Source of the DNA: an uncultured virus (IMG/VR IMGVR_UViG_2925643758_000002)
Taxonomy: Duplodnaviria; Heunggongvirae; Uroviricota; Caudoviricetes
Length of the DNA stretch: 64,000 nt
IMG/VR virus record: IMGVR_UViG_2925643758_000002
Reading direction: 5' to 3' (one strand)
Positions within the stretch are counted from its first letter, which is position 1; every line of letters begins with the position of its first letter. Below the pieces are notes generated by a model. The model made no database searches. It saw nothing but the letters and a program-made list of their open reading frames with translations, and was not told the origin of the DNA. Below, piece by piece: positions 9,454 through 19,267 of this stretch. A program made the translations under genes and the position numbers.

Positions 9454-10854
9454 TTATTTATTCTCTAGCGCGGTCAGGCGCTTGTTTATAGATTCGAGCT
9501 GTTGCGAAAGTGTTGATATATCCACCGTAGCCGTACCGACCTTGATGCGCTTCAGCTTTGCGAAGTCGGCTGCGCTCATTAAGCCGTCAGTCGTTTCGGT
9601 AGCCAGCGAGACAGAAACTTGACCGTCGGGCCCTAATACGATACTCGCCAGCTTCACGTAGTCCGACGAACTCATAAGACCGTCAGTGGTTGCGTTTGCC
9701 CGGCCGTACGTAGGAATCGTCAGCTTTGTCGGATCGTAGCCATCTTCGTAAATCGCGTCTTTTCCGATGGTTATGTTTCCGCTTATGGCGCTGCCTTTCA
9801 CCTTTCCGGTCGACGTGTCGATAAGCTTGGATACGGAGCTTTGTCCCCGCCCTAATTTAGCAGTTGTTTTTTTGATATTTGCCCGAACCTTACCGAAAGT
9901 AAAAACCGGAGACTTTTTAGGATCTGAATAAGTCTCCACACTGACTACACGCAGCTTCGTCTTCAAATCAAAGGGCTCTAATACGCACCATACATAATCG
10001 CCTTTGCGAATATCCTGCATGTTTAATTGTTTAACCTCTATATACGTAAGGCTGATAGAGATTTCAATTTTATCGGTCAGTTCTTTTTCTAACCGTTTTT
10101 CGAGCTTTCCCTCATCCTTTGCTGTGTACGAGTCATCAAATACGGGATTTGCATGTTTGATCCCATAGACTGAAGCTAATGGACTTGTGTACTCAGCTTC
10201 CACCGCGTATTTTCCTGTCTTTTCGTCCTTCTTTCCGAATCCTTTAATGTACGTTTTTATAGAAGAGGTGTCTATTTCCTGAGAAGGGTCTTTTACATTT
10301 ACACGGTCACGGATGATGTAGTCTGTGTCTCGCGCTATCTCCTTCGCGAAATAGACTTTCTTCCCAATGCACTCATATTCAGCCGAATACTTTTCCTTTA
10401 TATCGTTTAGTAATCCGAGAGAGTAGCCGTTTCCAAAATCCTCTACTTCAAACGAATCACCTAGCCCTTCCGGTAAAACCTCGTAAGAATACCCGGAACC
10501 CTTTAATGCGATGTCCAGCATATCCTCGATGTAAAGTTTTTTCTTTTTCCCGGATGTTTCGTATACGTAATTCTCACCGAGATCCGAAAAGGAACGTTGC
10601 AAGGCCGTGACATCGACCTTCAGTCTCTTGCCGCTAAGAGGAACATACCGCGTTTTCCTAATGACGAATTCCTCGTCTTCATAAAAAAGGGAACCTTCAT
10701 TTTGAATTAACGGGAAAGAGTGCGCGTTTCTGTCCGTCTCCCAAACCGTTACGTCAATAGACCTACCGTTCTCAATTTCATCTTTCTTCGTTACGTTGAA
10801 GTCCGTTAATGCTTCGACCTGATTAGCGAGGTTTTTTACAATCAAACTAGGCAT
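9454..10854 (-). CDS. Tail-associated (Tal, prophage endopeptidase-tail family) protein
   Basis: Follows Dit; TYIKGFGK and EYTSPLA..YG motifs; DGLMS..D..KL repeats. Confidence 0.75.
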   Translation of the reverse strand: MPSLIVKNLANQVEALTDFNVTKKDEIENGRSIDVTVWETDRNAHSFPLIQNEGSLFYEDEEFVIRKTRYVPLSGKRLKVDVTALQRSFSDLGENYVYETSGKKKKLYIEDMLDIALKGSGYSYEVLPEGLGDSFEVEDFGNGYSLGLLNDIKEKYSAEYECIGKKVYFAKEIARDTDYIIRDRVNVKDPSQEIDTSSIKTYIKGFGKKDEKTGKYAVEAEYTSPLASVYGIKHANPVFDDSYTAKDEGKLEKRLEKELTDKIEISISLTYIEVKQLNMQDIRKGDYVWCVLEPFDLKTKLRVVSVETYSDPKKSPVFTFGKVRANIKKTTAKLGRGQSSVSKLIDTSTGKVKGSAISGNITIGKDAIYEDGYDPTKLTIPTYGRANATTDGLMSSSDYVKLASIVLGPDGQVSVSLATETTDGLMSAADFAKLKRIKVGTATVDISTLSQQLESINKRLTALENK

Positions 10855-10865
10855 GACGCACCTCC

Positions 10866-12290
10866 CTACGCGTAATAGTGGAATCTGAAATCAAACGCAA
10901 TCTCAAAATCCCCGCTCGACCCGCTTAATTCGAATTCATTCCATCCGGGCTCTAGCGTGATAAGCCCGAAATTTGTCTGACCGAAGATGCTAACGTTCCC
11001 CTTTTTCGCAGTAACCCCGGAAATTTGAATCGCTTCCTTCGCGGTAGATTTGCCCGAAAACGTCCATAGATCGCCCGTCGTTCTATTTTTGATCGACAAT
11101 TTATCAGACGCGCCCTTATACGTAATTTTTAAAGGCATGTATCTCGGATCTAGCCGGACGGCTCCCGCGTTGAAAATACGAAAAGCATTCGTCTTGTGTT
11201 TGTACGATGGGATATCATCCGTCAGCCCTTCGCCTATCTGCCATTTGTTCGCATCAAACGTAAACGCATCCAGTGTGGTGCCGACTGATTCGCAATAAGT
11301 CGAGGCGCTTTGGAAAGTTAGCGTAAAGTCGCCGAAGCTGCCGATTCTGTCAGGCGTGAATGATGCGCTCAGCTCGACCCGCCACCGTTTTTTCGGCGTC
11401 GCTTCCGAAACTAAAAAGAACTCCTCCTCGCGATGAAGCGCGTGAAAGAGTTCCGCTTGTAATAAATGAAAATCAACGTCATCCGCTCCGAGCAAGAGAC
11501 ATTCGGCAGTCAGCGTTCGGGCTCCGAAGTTTTTCCCCACTCGAACTAAGCCGTCCCTCCCCGGAATCGTTTCGTAATCGATATCGGGAGTGGGCGAAGC
11601 AATTTTGAAACTTCGCACAAGAACTGATAAATCGCGAGCCATGTCAATTATGCGGCCATCCTTGTAAAGTATCCGGAAGTTGCTGTCCGTAATAGGGACA
11701 CCGGATGGGGGCGTTGTATAGACGCTTGAAAAAACGTCGATGGATACCTCCGGCTCTTCAACGACAACCGGAGCCGGGTTGTTTGTGTCCGGCGTAGTAG
11801 GAGTGGACGGATTCGACGGAGACGGGGCGGTGTCGTACTTCGTCAGATTATACGTTTCAATAATTCTGTTAAGCTTTGATGCGTAAGACGGGTCCGTTGC
11901 ATAACCGGCGTCTACCAGCGCAGCAGTCGCTTTCTTGTAGTTTTTCTCGCCTACGACCGCCTTATAGTGATTCGGGTCCCAACTGACGCCGTTTACGTAA
12001 AGCTTCGCGAGGTCTTGCATCGATTCATACCACGTCGGGTACTTCCGGAACTTGGCGTCCACTTGAACGTTCCTTCCATTGATTACTTCCCACGTTTTCA
12101 TGATGACATATTTTCCGTTATATTCGCCCTTCACTCCGAAAAGGTTCTTTCCATTAACGGCAAGGCCGCTAGTCCCGTAGGCACTTTCTAAGCACCCCTG
12201 CGCGATTACGAGGCTTGCAAGAATTTTATAATTCACGAATATCTTCTGCGCATCCGGGGCGATTTTCTTTATAAAATCTGTATTACTCAA
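10866..12290 (-). CDS. Distal tail protein with N-terminal GH73 glucosaminidase domain
   Basis: AQ..LES, NLFGVKG and GYATDPSY, then a Pro/Thr linker and a Dit-like domain ending LEPGWNEF. Confidence 0.8.
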   Translation of the reverse strand: MSNTDFIKKIAPDAQKIFVNYKILASLVIAQGCLESAYGTSGLAVNGKNLFGVKGEYNGKYVIMKTWEVINGRNVQVDAKFRKYPTWYESMQDLAKLYVNGVSWDPNHYKAVVGEKNYKKATAALVDAGYATDPSYASKLNRIIETYNLTKYDTAPSPSNPSTPTTPDTNNPAPVVVEEPEVSIDVFSSVYTTPPSGVPITDSNFRILYKDGRIIDMARDLSVLVRSFKIASPTPDIDYETIPGRDGLVRVGKNFGARTLTAECLLLGADDVDFHLLQAELFHALHREEEFFLVSEATPKKRWRVELSASFTPDRIGSFGDFTLTFQSASTYCESVGTTLDAFTFDANKWQIGEGLTDDIPSYKHKTNAFRIFNAGAVRLDPRYMPLKITYKGASDKLSIKNRTTGDLWTFSGKSTAKEAIQISGVTAKKGNVSIFGQTNFGLITLEPGWNEFELSGSSGDFEIAFDFRFHYYA

Positions 12291-12293
12291 ACG

Positions 12294-14525
12294 CTACCAC
12301 CTCCCGTCTCTCATCCGTTCTAAATCATACCCGTCCTGCTGAATGCGACTGATGTGCGGCTCTACAATACGGCCAACAACTTCACTATCCATCACGATAG
12401 GAGCGCCACCCTTCGTCTTAATCGCCTGCTCAATCGAACTGAGCGCGCGCAGCATATCCGATGATAAGCCAGAATCTCCTCCGAGCCCCGACGTATGCCC
12501 TGCGTCAATCATTCGCATAAGATTCGCCTGTTGCGCTTCAGTAAGCACCATTTCGTTACGCAGGGCCCGGATATCGACTTCGTGGCTCATCGGATTAGCA
12601 AATTGAGACGTTAGGCCGCCGATGTGAAGTTTATTGATCTGTCCGAGGCCGATGACGCCGCCAGTGTGGTAAGTACCTTCGTTCCCTTTTCCACGACTTA
12701 CGGCACGCTCCGTCTTCATAGAAACATCCGAAGTAATTGTCGTGATTCGTTTCGTGATGTCCTTACTTAGAGTAGCGTTCATCCTTTGGGCTTCTGACGT
12801 AATATCCGCGACCCGACCTCTTGCGGTACGAAGGTTTGCGATCTCGTCGTCAATTGCTTTAACAGACTTTCGATATTCATCCGTTTTACGATCGGCCGCA
12901 GTTGTGTTGTTTTTAAGATTCGCCTTAGCATCTTGAAGGCGAGCGATCTCCTTATCGATTACTCTCACGCCTTCGCCCTTTTTGGCGTTTAAGCCTACTT
13001 GTCGCATCTCTAAATCCACTAGTTTTTGCTTAACAGTATCGAGTTTATTTATCTCTTCATTTACCTTTTGTAGTTCTTCTTTTTTGCTTAGAAGCTTATC
13101 ACCACTCGCCCCAAGTTGCGCCTGAAGTTCGCTTAGAATCCGCTTTTCTGTACCTAGGATATTCTCCTTTTGTGCAGCGTCTTCTTTGTTTCCGGCCGCT
13201 TTCGCTTGTTTTATACTGTCTTCTATCCCCCTTACTTTCTCAAGCTGCTCCTCGGCTTTCACCTGATTTTCGCGATACTCCTCCGCAAGGCTATTTATCT
13301 TTTCTTGAAGCCTGCTTCTTTCATTGAGATTCTCAGTCTCTTTAGAGTCAAGTTTGGCTTTTTGAGTATTCAGTTCAATCCTTAATTCTTCGGCTTTTTC
13401 CTCAGTCAGCCGCTTTAACGCCTTAGTGTTTTTCGCGAACGCGTTACCTTGGTCTGTTATTGCCTTGCTTGTGATAGGAGCTTTTTCTAGTACCTTGTCA
13501 TTAAGCGAAAGATAGCGATCGAACTCATTATTTGTAAGACCCGACTTTTTGCGTAGCCCCTCCTGCTCCTCCTTCATCAGTTTTATCGCGTGAGAATCAG
13601 TTTCCAATTTAATGCGATCGTTCAAGTCGAGATAGTGCGCCATCTCTTCTGCTGTAAGCTTTGTTTTGTTTTGAAGTTTTTCAAACTCAGTCGCTAAATT
13701 ATTAATAGAATCTATCTCTTTTTGTTTGGCTTCGGCCGCCTCTAAACTAACGGTGTTCATCTGATCGTATCCCGCTTTCACCCCGACGAGTGCTCCCGCT
13801 AATAAAGAGAGCCCGGTGATCACCCATCCGGCCGGACCCATCGCAACGAACAAACCGCGCACTGCGATTCCGAGTTTCATCATGGAAGACGCAACTAGCG
13901 CCACCGCTGCGGCCGCACCCGCCATTTCGAGGCCTGTCGTAATGATTCCCGGATTCAGTTCGCTAAGGAACTCGACCACCTTCGTACCGGTATCGACAAT
14001 TTTTCGGAAAGTAGGTAAAAACTCGTTACCGATCGCAATTCCGAGGCCGTCGAGCGCAGACGTAAACTGTTCGAATGACCCTTTGAGGTTATCCATCTGC
14101 GTTTTCGCTACTTTGTCCGCTGTCCCGCCGGCTTCCTTCAGCGTCTTCGAGTAGTTGCGCAGTCCCTTTTCTCCGACGCCCAAAAGTGTAACGAACCCGG
14201 AAGCCGCTTCAACTCCGACGAGCTGTGCCGCCGCGGCCGTTTTCTGTGCCGATGTCATCCCTTCGAATTGCTTCGAAATATGGCCGACGAGCTCCGGTAT
14301 CGGCTTTAGATTTCCGTGGGCATCCTTTACTTCGATTCCGTACTTTTTCATCGCCTTGGCCGACTGGCCGACCGGATTCGTAAGGTGCAAGAGTGACGCA
14401 CGAAGAGCCGTACCCGCCATCGATCCTTGAATACCAGCGTCTGACATTTTCGCAACGGCCGTCGCAGTATCTTCGATTGAATATCCGAGAGAGTGCGCAA
14501 CAGGGGCGACGAATTTCATTGCATC
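12294..14525 (-). CDS. Tape measure protein, exon 2
   Basis: Continues exon 1 in frame after splicing (..LPQLG|DAMKFVAPVA..); GIQGSMAGTALR TP901-type motif; spliced product 933 aa. Confidence 0.88.
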   Translation of the reverse strand, partial: DAMKFVAPVAHSLGYSIEDTATAVAKMSDAGIQGSMAGTALRASLLHLTNPVGQSAKAMKKYGIEVKDAHGNLKPIPELVGHISKQFEGMTSAQKTAAAAQLVGVEAASGFVTLLGVGEKGLRNYSKTLKEAGGTADKVAKTQMDNLKGSFEQFTSALDGLGIAIGNEFLPTFRKIVDTGTKVVEFLSELNPGIITTGLEMAGAAAAVALVASSMMKLGIAVRGLFVAMGPAGWVITGLSLLAGALVGVKAGYDQMNTVSLEAAEAKQKEIDSINNLATEFEKLQNKTKLTAEEMAHYLDLNDRIKLETDSHAIKLMKEEQEGLRKKSGLTNNEFDRYLSLNDKVLEKAPITSKAITDQGNAFAKNTKALKRLTEEKAEELRIELNTQKAKLDSKETENLNERSRLQEKINSLAEEYRENQVKAEEQLEKVRGIEDSIKQAKAAGNKEDAAQKENILGTEKRILSELQAQLGASGDKLLSKKEELQKVNEEINKLDTVKQKLVDLEMRQVGLNAKKGEGVRVIDKEIARLQDAKANLKNNTTAADRKTDEYRKSVKAIDDEIANLRTARGRVADITSEAQRMNATLSKDITKRITTITSDVSMKTERAVSRGKGNEGTYHTGGVIGLGQINKLHIGGLTSQFANPMSHEVDIRALRNEMVLTEAQQANLMRMIDAGHTSGLGGDSGLSSDMLRALSSIEQAIKTKGGAPIVMDSEVVGRIVEPHISRIQQDGYDLERMRDGRW

Positions 14526-15599
14526 CAGTTTGTTATCCTACCGGCTCTTTATCCGGTAGTTCTTACGGTTTCCCGCAAGCTCAGACTATATCTTCACCCG
14601 CGTCAAAGACGTTAGGGTGCCACGCGCTCGTGGGTGTTTCATCATAGCTAATACGCCGTAGACTACTTCACCTAGTCGTTACACGTTCCGCAAGTTTCCT
14701 ATGCGGCTTCGCTCGGTATTCTCATATCACTTAAAAACTCCGAGACTACAACCTCAACCCTATTTAGATCCCAATAGGGAATCCTTAGTAACGGAATGCG
14801 CTTCCGTTCACAGTAGTCGTTTTTGATTCCATCTCGAATTTTAGTTAATCTCAGTCCTTCTTTCCCGCCGAAAAAATCAATTGCTTTAAAGTGTTGTCTG
14901 CCGTCGAACTCGATTAAGCCTATAACCCTCTCGCCCTCTGTAATGGCGAAATCAAAAAGTAACGGTTTTTTGTATTTACAATCAGAAAATGAATATTGGA
15001 TTTTAAAAGAGATTTTCCGCTTAACCAGCAAGCGCTCGATTAAATTTTCTCCCCGGGAAATGGAGCACTTCGGGCATTCATTCCTTTTTGTTAATAGATT
15101 ATTAGCCGAGGGCTCAAAGACGTGGCTGCAAATGTTGTGCCTAACTCGTACTTTTTCCCTACTGGTTTTGTACGGAGTAAGCAACGCATAGTCATTACCG
15201 TACATCTCCTGAAATCGCTTTTCAAATTCGTCAGGACTTAGTCTTTTTGACAGTCCTACACGAGCTTTAGCGCATACAGGACACCCTGTGTTCTTTCTGA
15301 TGAAATCTTTAGGGCATAGTAGAAACTCATTGCCGCAAACTGTACACAAGGTCTTAACACGCGTTACATTATTCACGTAAGTTCCAAGAATTCTATATTT
15401 TCCTTCCGTACGGTCATTAACAATTTTCAAAAATTCTTCATGTGTTCTTTTTTTCGGCATAAAAAAATCCCCCTCTTTAACTGCGAAACTTTTTAAAGAA
15501 AAGGACTGAGCGTTTACTTATTATTTAAAGTGACTTAGAGTTCACCGAATTCACGTGGTGTTACGCTGCTTGTTCCCAAGCGGCCGGGCAATTTTGTTT
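14526..15599 (-). mobile_element. Group I intron (1074 nt) in the tape measure gene
   Basis: P1 GGGU|AA...UUGCCC with U.G at the 5' splice site; P4 UUCGGUG/UACCGAG; R AACGACUAG; S GAAGAUAUAGUCU; terminal G at 14526. Confidence 0.9.
14699..15460 (-). CDS. Intron-encoded homing endonuclease (Vsr-like, EDxHD-type) with Cys-rich repeats
   Basis: CxxC repeats, then FDFAI..IEFDGRQH...RD; located inside the intron. Confidence 0.8.
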   Translation of the reverse strand: MPKKRTHEEFLKIVNDRTEGKYRILGTYVNNVTRVKTLCTVCGNEFLLCPKDFIRKNTGCPVCAKARVGLSKRLSPDEFEKRFQEMYGNDYALLTPYKTSREKVRVRHNICSHVFEPSANNLLTKRNECPKCSISRGENLIERLLVKRKISFKIQYSFSDCKYKKPLLFDFAITEGERVIGLIEFDGRQHFKAIDFFGGKEGLRLTKIRDGIKNDYCERKRIPLLRIPYWDLNRVEVVVSEFLSDMRIPSEAA

Positions 15600-16169
15600 A
15601 CCCAATTGCGGCAGATCCGTATTGGCTGTCGTCATCGCTTTTACGAGTACGTCAACGGCATGCCCGGAGTCTTCCGCTTTAATGCCGAAGCCGGTCATGA
15701 TGTTCGAAACGATATCCGCGGAACGTCCGAGCCCTTCGCCTGAAGCTGCCGCCAAGTTGAGCACGGCCGGCAACGATCCGACTTGCGCTTTTACGCTGAA
15801 GCCCGCCATCGCAAGATATTGAAGACCCTCGGCCGCTTCGACCGCGGTATATTTTGTTTCGGCGCCCATCTTAGCCGCGATATTCTTCAGATCTTCGAAG
15901 TCCTGACCGGTCGCACCGCTGATCGCTTTAACTCGCGACATGGCCTCCTCGAAGTCAGCCGCTTTCTTAACAGAAACGCCGATGCCGGCCACGACTGCAC
16001 CTCCGACCGCAAGCGAAGCCTTTTGGATGAGGCCCATTTGCTTCGACAGATTCGCTGATGAACGGCCCATTTGATCCATATCGTTTCGAGCTTGCTGCGA
16101 TCGTCGGGACCAGTCCGCCATGTCTAATACGAGACGCGCCCGGATTTCTCCGACTGTTGTTCCGGCCAT
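15600..16169 (-). CDS. Tape measure protein, exon 1
   Basis: TP901-like N-terminus (FEEAMSRVKAISGAT, TKYTAVEAAEGLQYLAMAGF); exactly 190 codons to the splice site. Confidence 0.88.
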
Positions 16170-16541
16170 CTATTTACCTCCTTTCCGAAAATTCCCCTGT
16201 AAAGCCCGTAGTTGTTCGAATTTCTCACGGTCGAATTTCACTTCAGGTCGAAGTCCTGCCGCCCGAATCAACGTATTCATGAGCTGTTTATACTCGTCGT
16301 CCTCGCTTGCCCGACTATTCGTCGCGAGAAGTACGCGAATGTCCTCTATACGCCTTACCGCGCCTTGTTTCGTCTTGGCGCGTACAAATTTCGGTATGTC
16401 TACCATATAAAACTCGTTTTCTATCTGACGCTGCGTGACGCCTAAACTGATAGCCGCCTCGATTAGATAATCGTCAATCGTATATGGATCGCCCTCTTCG
16501 TCTACTTTTCGAGTTTCGGAAGAAGGCTCTTCACGTTTTTT
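16170..16541 (-). CDS. Tail assembly chaperone GT extension (-1 frame)
   Basis: Open -1 frame from slippery A AAA AAC (16541-16535) to the stop at 16170. Confidence 0.75.
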   Translation of the reverse strand, partial: KKREEPSSETRKVDEEGDPYTIDDYLIEAAISLGVTQRQIENEFYMVDIPKFVRAKTKQGAVRRIEDIRVLLATNSRASEDDEYKQLMNTLIRAAGLRPEVKFDREKFEQLRALQGNFRKGGK

Positions 16542-16873
16542 GCTTGCGAATCGAGACGGTTCCTTTTGACAGTCAACGTGATGTACTCGATGATTTCATC
16601 CGTACCGACTTCTTCTCGAATGTACTCGGCATCTACGCCGCTCAATAATGCTGTAATCTCGACGATCTCATCCATGCCGACCTCAACCGCGCTTACTAAA
16701 TACGAGTAGAAATCCGTTTTAGGCGCGCTAAAGACTTCCAGAATGAGAAATGGAATTTTATCGAGTGTCGCGAAAAGCTGTTTCCACTTGGCCGGGGTAA
16801 GTTTCGCAACCTCGACCGGATACTTTCCGAGCTGGATCGAATCAGTCTCCTGTTTCTTTTTGAAAATGTTCAT
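16502..16873 (-). CDS. Tail assembly chaperone G
   Basis: Between tail tube and tape measure genes; slippery site near its 3' end. Confidence 0.8.
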   Translation of the reverse strand: MNIFKKKQETDSIQLGKYPVEVAKLTPAKWKQLFATLDKIPFLILEVFSAPKTDFYSYLVSAVEVGMDEIVEITALLSGVDAEYIREEVGTDEIIEYITLTVKRNRLDSQAKNVKSLLPKLEK

Positions 16874-16930
16874 GCGACTCTCCTTTCGTTAATTAAAAAG
16901 ACACCGCCTCTCGACGATGCCTTTCGTTTG

Positions 16931-17485
16931 TTATTCGCTGCCGGTGCCGGAAGAGGTCCCGGCCGTTTCGTCGCCCATAATAAAAAGATCGCCTTCCCCC
17001 ATCGTGTCCGGATAACCGGTAAACGTTAGGTTAGCGATCCTCTCATTATCGGAATCATACGTATATTCGATGTCAGTCGACGCACCAGCTAACGGGATCG
17101 TGAGCCAGTCATTGGCCGTCGCTTCCGGATCTGTCGGCTTAATTCGTAAAGGCTTCGCGTCCTTCAGCAAGTCATATCCGGCTTTACCGCTGACTACCAG
17201 CTTCTTTTTGTCTCCGTCAGACACGTACTTACTGTTCGGCACCGCCTTATGAATCTTTTCTAAATCATAGATCGCAAACGGTACGGTACATTCGCAAGTT
17301 CCACCCTTTGTCCGTGAGCCTACGATCGAGTCACCGTATTGGTCGACCGTTGTATCCTGCTTAGACATTTGCGCCTTAAAAACGATGCCGCCCTTCGTGA
17401 TGTCAAACGTCACCATATCCTTACCCTCGCCGTATTCGACGATTGCGGGGCCGATAGGAACTTGAATCGTTTTAATTCCAGCCAT
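16931..17485 (-). CDS. Major tail (tube) protein
   Basis: Position and size; IGPA.V.YG...T.GG motif; followed by a terminator. Confidence 0.75.
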   Translation of the reverse strand: MAGIKTIQVPIGPAIVEYGEGKDMVTFDITKGGIVFKAQMSKQDTTVDQYGDSIVGSRTKGGTCECTVPFAIYDLEKIHKAVPNSKYVSDGDKKKLVVSGKAGYDLLKDAKPLRIKPTDPEATANDWLTIPLAGASTDIEYTYDSDNERIANLTFTGYPDTMGEGDLFIMGDETAGTSSGTGSE

Positions 17486-17509
17486 CCGTTTTCCTCCTTT
17501 ATTTTTGCA

Positions 17510-17899
17510 TTAAAAAAGCGCCCGGTCGGGGCGCACTACACAATCGAAATTTAACGAGTATTGAGGACGATCATTATCGTCATATCCGATAAATAACGGC
17601 ACCGAATTGGCCGCGCGGATAACAACGATTGAGCTATTACCGATAAACACTTCACGGAGATTCGTTAACGCTTCCTGAAGCTGATACGCTTTCTCTTCGC
17701 AGTCAGCGTCGCCCCTTGCCTTTCCTCGTACGATTATTTGAAACGACGGCTGACTCTTTCCGGTCCATTGAGACGGAGGAAATCCGCCTGTAAATCGCAC
17801 ATAAGTACATTCGTCTGCAGCATTCCGCGGGAATCCGTTTGCGTAATAAACGCCGTCAACCCGCGACTGTATGAACGAGATTAATTCGGTTATCTTCAA
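17510..17899 (-). CDS. Tail terminator-like neck protein
   Basis: PSFQIIVRG and GYDDNDRPQYSLNF motifs; position. Confidence 0.7.
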   Translation of the reverse strand: MKITELISFIQSRVDGVYYANGFPRNAADECTYVRFTGGFPPSQWTGKSQPSFQIIVRGKARGDADCEEKAYQLQEALTNLREVFIGNSSIVVIRAANSVPLFIGYDDNDRPQYSLNFDCVVRPDRALF

Positions 17900-17905
17900 C
17901 GATTA

Positions 17906-18313
17906 TCACAACTCCCTTCTCACCGCGTCTGCTACGTGATTAATGTATTTCTGCGATTCACCTTTCAGTGGACGTTCCAGATATTTGTTACCGACCGGAT
18001 AGCCGCTGATGCCGCCGGCACTTGCCGAATTCGGCCCGAGGTTGTATTCCGCTTCGTGAGTCCATAGCGCATAGTTAAAGCCTTTATCGACGGCCCGGAA
18101 CGATACTTCACCGATCAAACTATCGCGCTTTAACGTAACCTTCTTTTTCATGCCGCGACGGAGCGTAGCTTTATCGATCGGGGCGATATTTTGCGCAAGT
18201 CTAGCGAGGTCATCCGTGTTATCATGCATCGCTGTCTTTGCTGCCTGCTCAACGGCTGCCTCTCGGCTATCCAACAACGATAGAAAATCGCCAGCATCCA
18301 ACGTAAAACTCAT
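17906..18313 (-). CDS. HK97 gp10-like neck protein
   Basis: APIDKATLR, YA..HE and KYLERP motifs. Confidence 0.75.
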   Translation of the reverse strand: MSFTLDAGDFLSLLDSREAAVEQAAKTAMHDNTDDLARLAQNIAPIDKATLRRGMKKKVTLKRDSLIGEVSFRAVDKGFNYALWTHEAEYNLGPNSASAGGISGYPVGNKYLERPLKGESQKYINHVADAVRREL

Positions 18314-18645
18314 ACGATTACCTCGGTCAGAATCGGCTTACCGCTGACATGCCGTTTCACATTTATTTCCTTCGGCTTACGCTCAATAGTTTCGCCCAGC
18401 TCGTTCGTGAACGCGAGTGTATCCGTATACCTGATGTCGGCTAATTTATCGACCAAGATGCGCGCCGTGGCTACGACTTCCTCGCTCTTCACAACGCCGG
18501 AAGAACGTGAATTCGCAATAGTAGATCCTTCGTCGATTCGGCACTTAATTTCGAACGGCTCGACGTTCACAGGGTTTCCCCACACGTCTATTTCATCTGA
18601 AGCACGAGTAACGGTCACGGTCTGACGCATTGGTATGATCGCCAA
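18310..18645 (-). CDS. Head closure / head-tail joining protein
   Basis: Position and size; D.WG.P motif. Confidence 0.6.
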   Translation of the reverse strand: MAIIPMRQTVTVTRASDEIDVWGNPVNVEPFEIKCRIDEGSTIANSRSSGVVKSEEVVATARILVDKLADIRYTDTLAFTNELGETIERKPKEINVKRHVSGKPILTEVIV

Positions 18646-19038
18646 TTACATCACCGTCGCTTTTACGGTCCGGCCGCTAAGTTTTACGTCGTTCGCTTCT
18701 TCGATCAGGTCGATTGTCTTTTTCGGTATGAGAGACTCATCGTCAGCTCGAAGCGTTTCCTTATACGTAAACGACCCGACGCCGGTGATTGAGTAAGACG
18801 CGATACCATGCTTATTCAGGCGGTTCGTATCGTTATAAGCAGTCGCAAGCACATTCGTAAACTCGTAAACTGCGTCGTCAGGAATGACGTACTTACGAAA
18901 CTTTCGAGACAAGACGTCCTCGGCTACGTTTAGTACACGCTGCTGCTTTGCGGCGTCATAGTCGTTCCAATCCTCGTTATCGATTGTCATTCGGTTAATA
19001 TATTCGTTTGCAGCTTCTACGCTTAAAGCCATACGCAC
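18646..19038 (-). CDS. Head-tail adaptor protein
   Basis: SVEAANEY..., GIASYSI.G..SFTY; position. Confidence 0.6.
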   Translation of the reverse strand: MRMALSVEAANEYINRMTIDNEDWNDYDAAKQQRVLNVAEDVLSRKFRKYVIPDDAVYEFTNVLATAYNDTNRLNKHGIASYSITGVGSFTYKETLRADDESLIPKKTIDLIEEANDVKLSGRTVKATVM

Positions 19039-19046
19039 AGCCCTCC

Positions 19047-19265
19047 TTATTTTCCGGAGGACTTACGTGCAGGCTTTTTCGGCGCCTTAGCCTCCGCCTT
19101 TTCCGTCTCATCGTCTGACGCAATACAGCTAATCCATCGCGGACATAATGCATTCAACTGCTTAATTTCGGCCGGAACATCGGTTTCGTAAACGCCTTTA
19201 TGGTCGAAAACGATCGTCTGGTCGGTGCCTACGGAATAAAACGGTGAAGCCTTATAGACGGCCAT
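19047..19265 (-). CDS. Small head-associated protein
   Basis: In the head operon; basic C-terminal tail. Confidence 0.5.
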   Translation of the reverse strand: MAVYKASPFYSVGTDQTIVFDHKGVYETDVPAEIKQLNALCPRWISCIASDDETEKAEAKAPKKPARKSSGK

Positions 19266-19267
19266 TA

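Noticed and set aside
12288..12299. Stop-codon readthrough fusing the tape measure protein to GH73-Dit (the ORFs are in frame across TAG CGT TTG)
   Set aside because: The downstream gene has its own GGAGGT RBS, and in-frame adjacency happens one time in three by chance
15561..16169. Tape measure gene as a truncated pseudogene or two separate genes
   Set aside because: Explained by a group I intron whose removal restores the frame and a conserved motif
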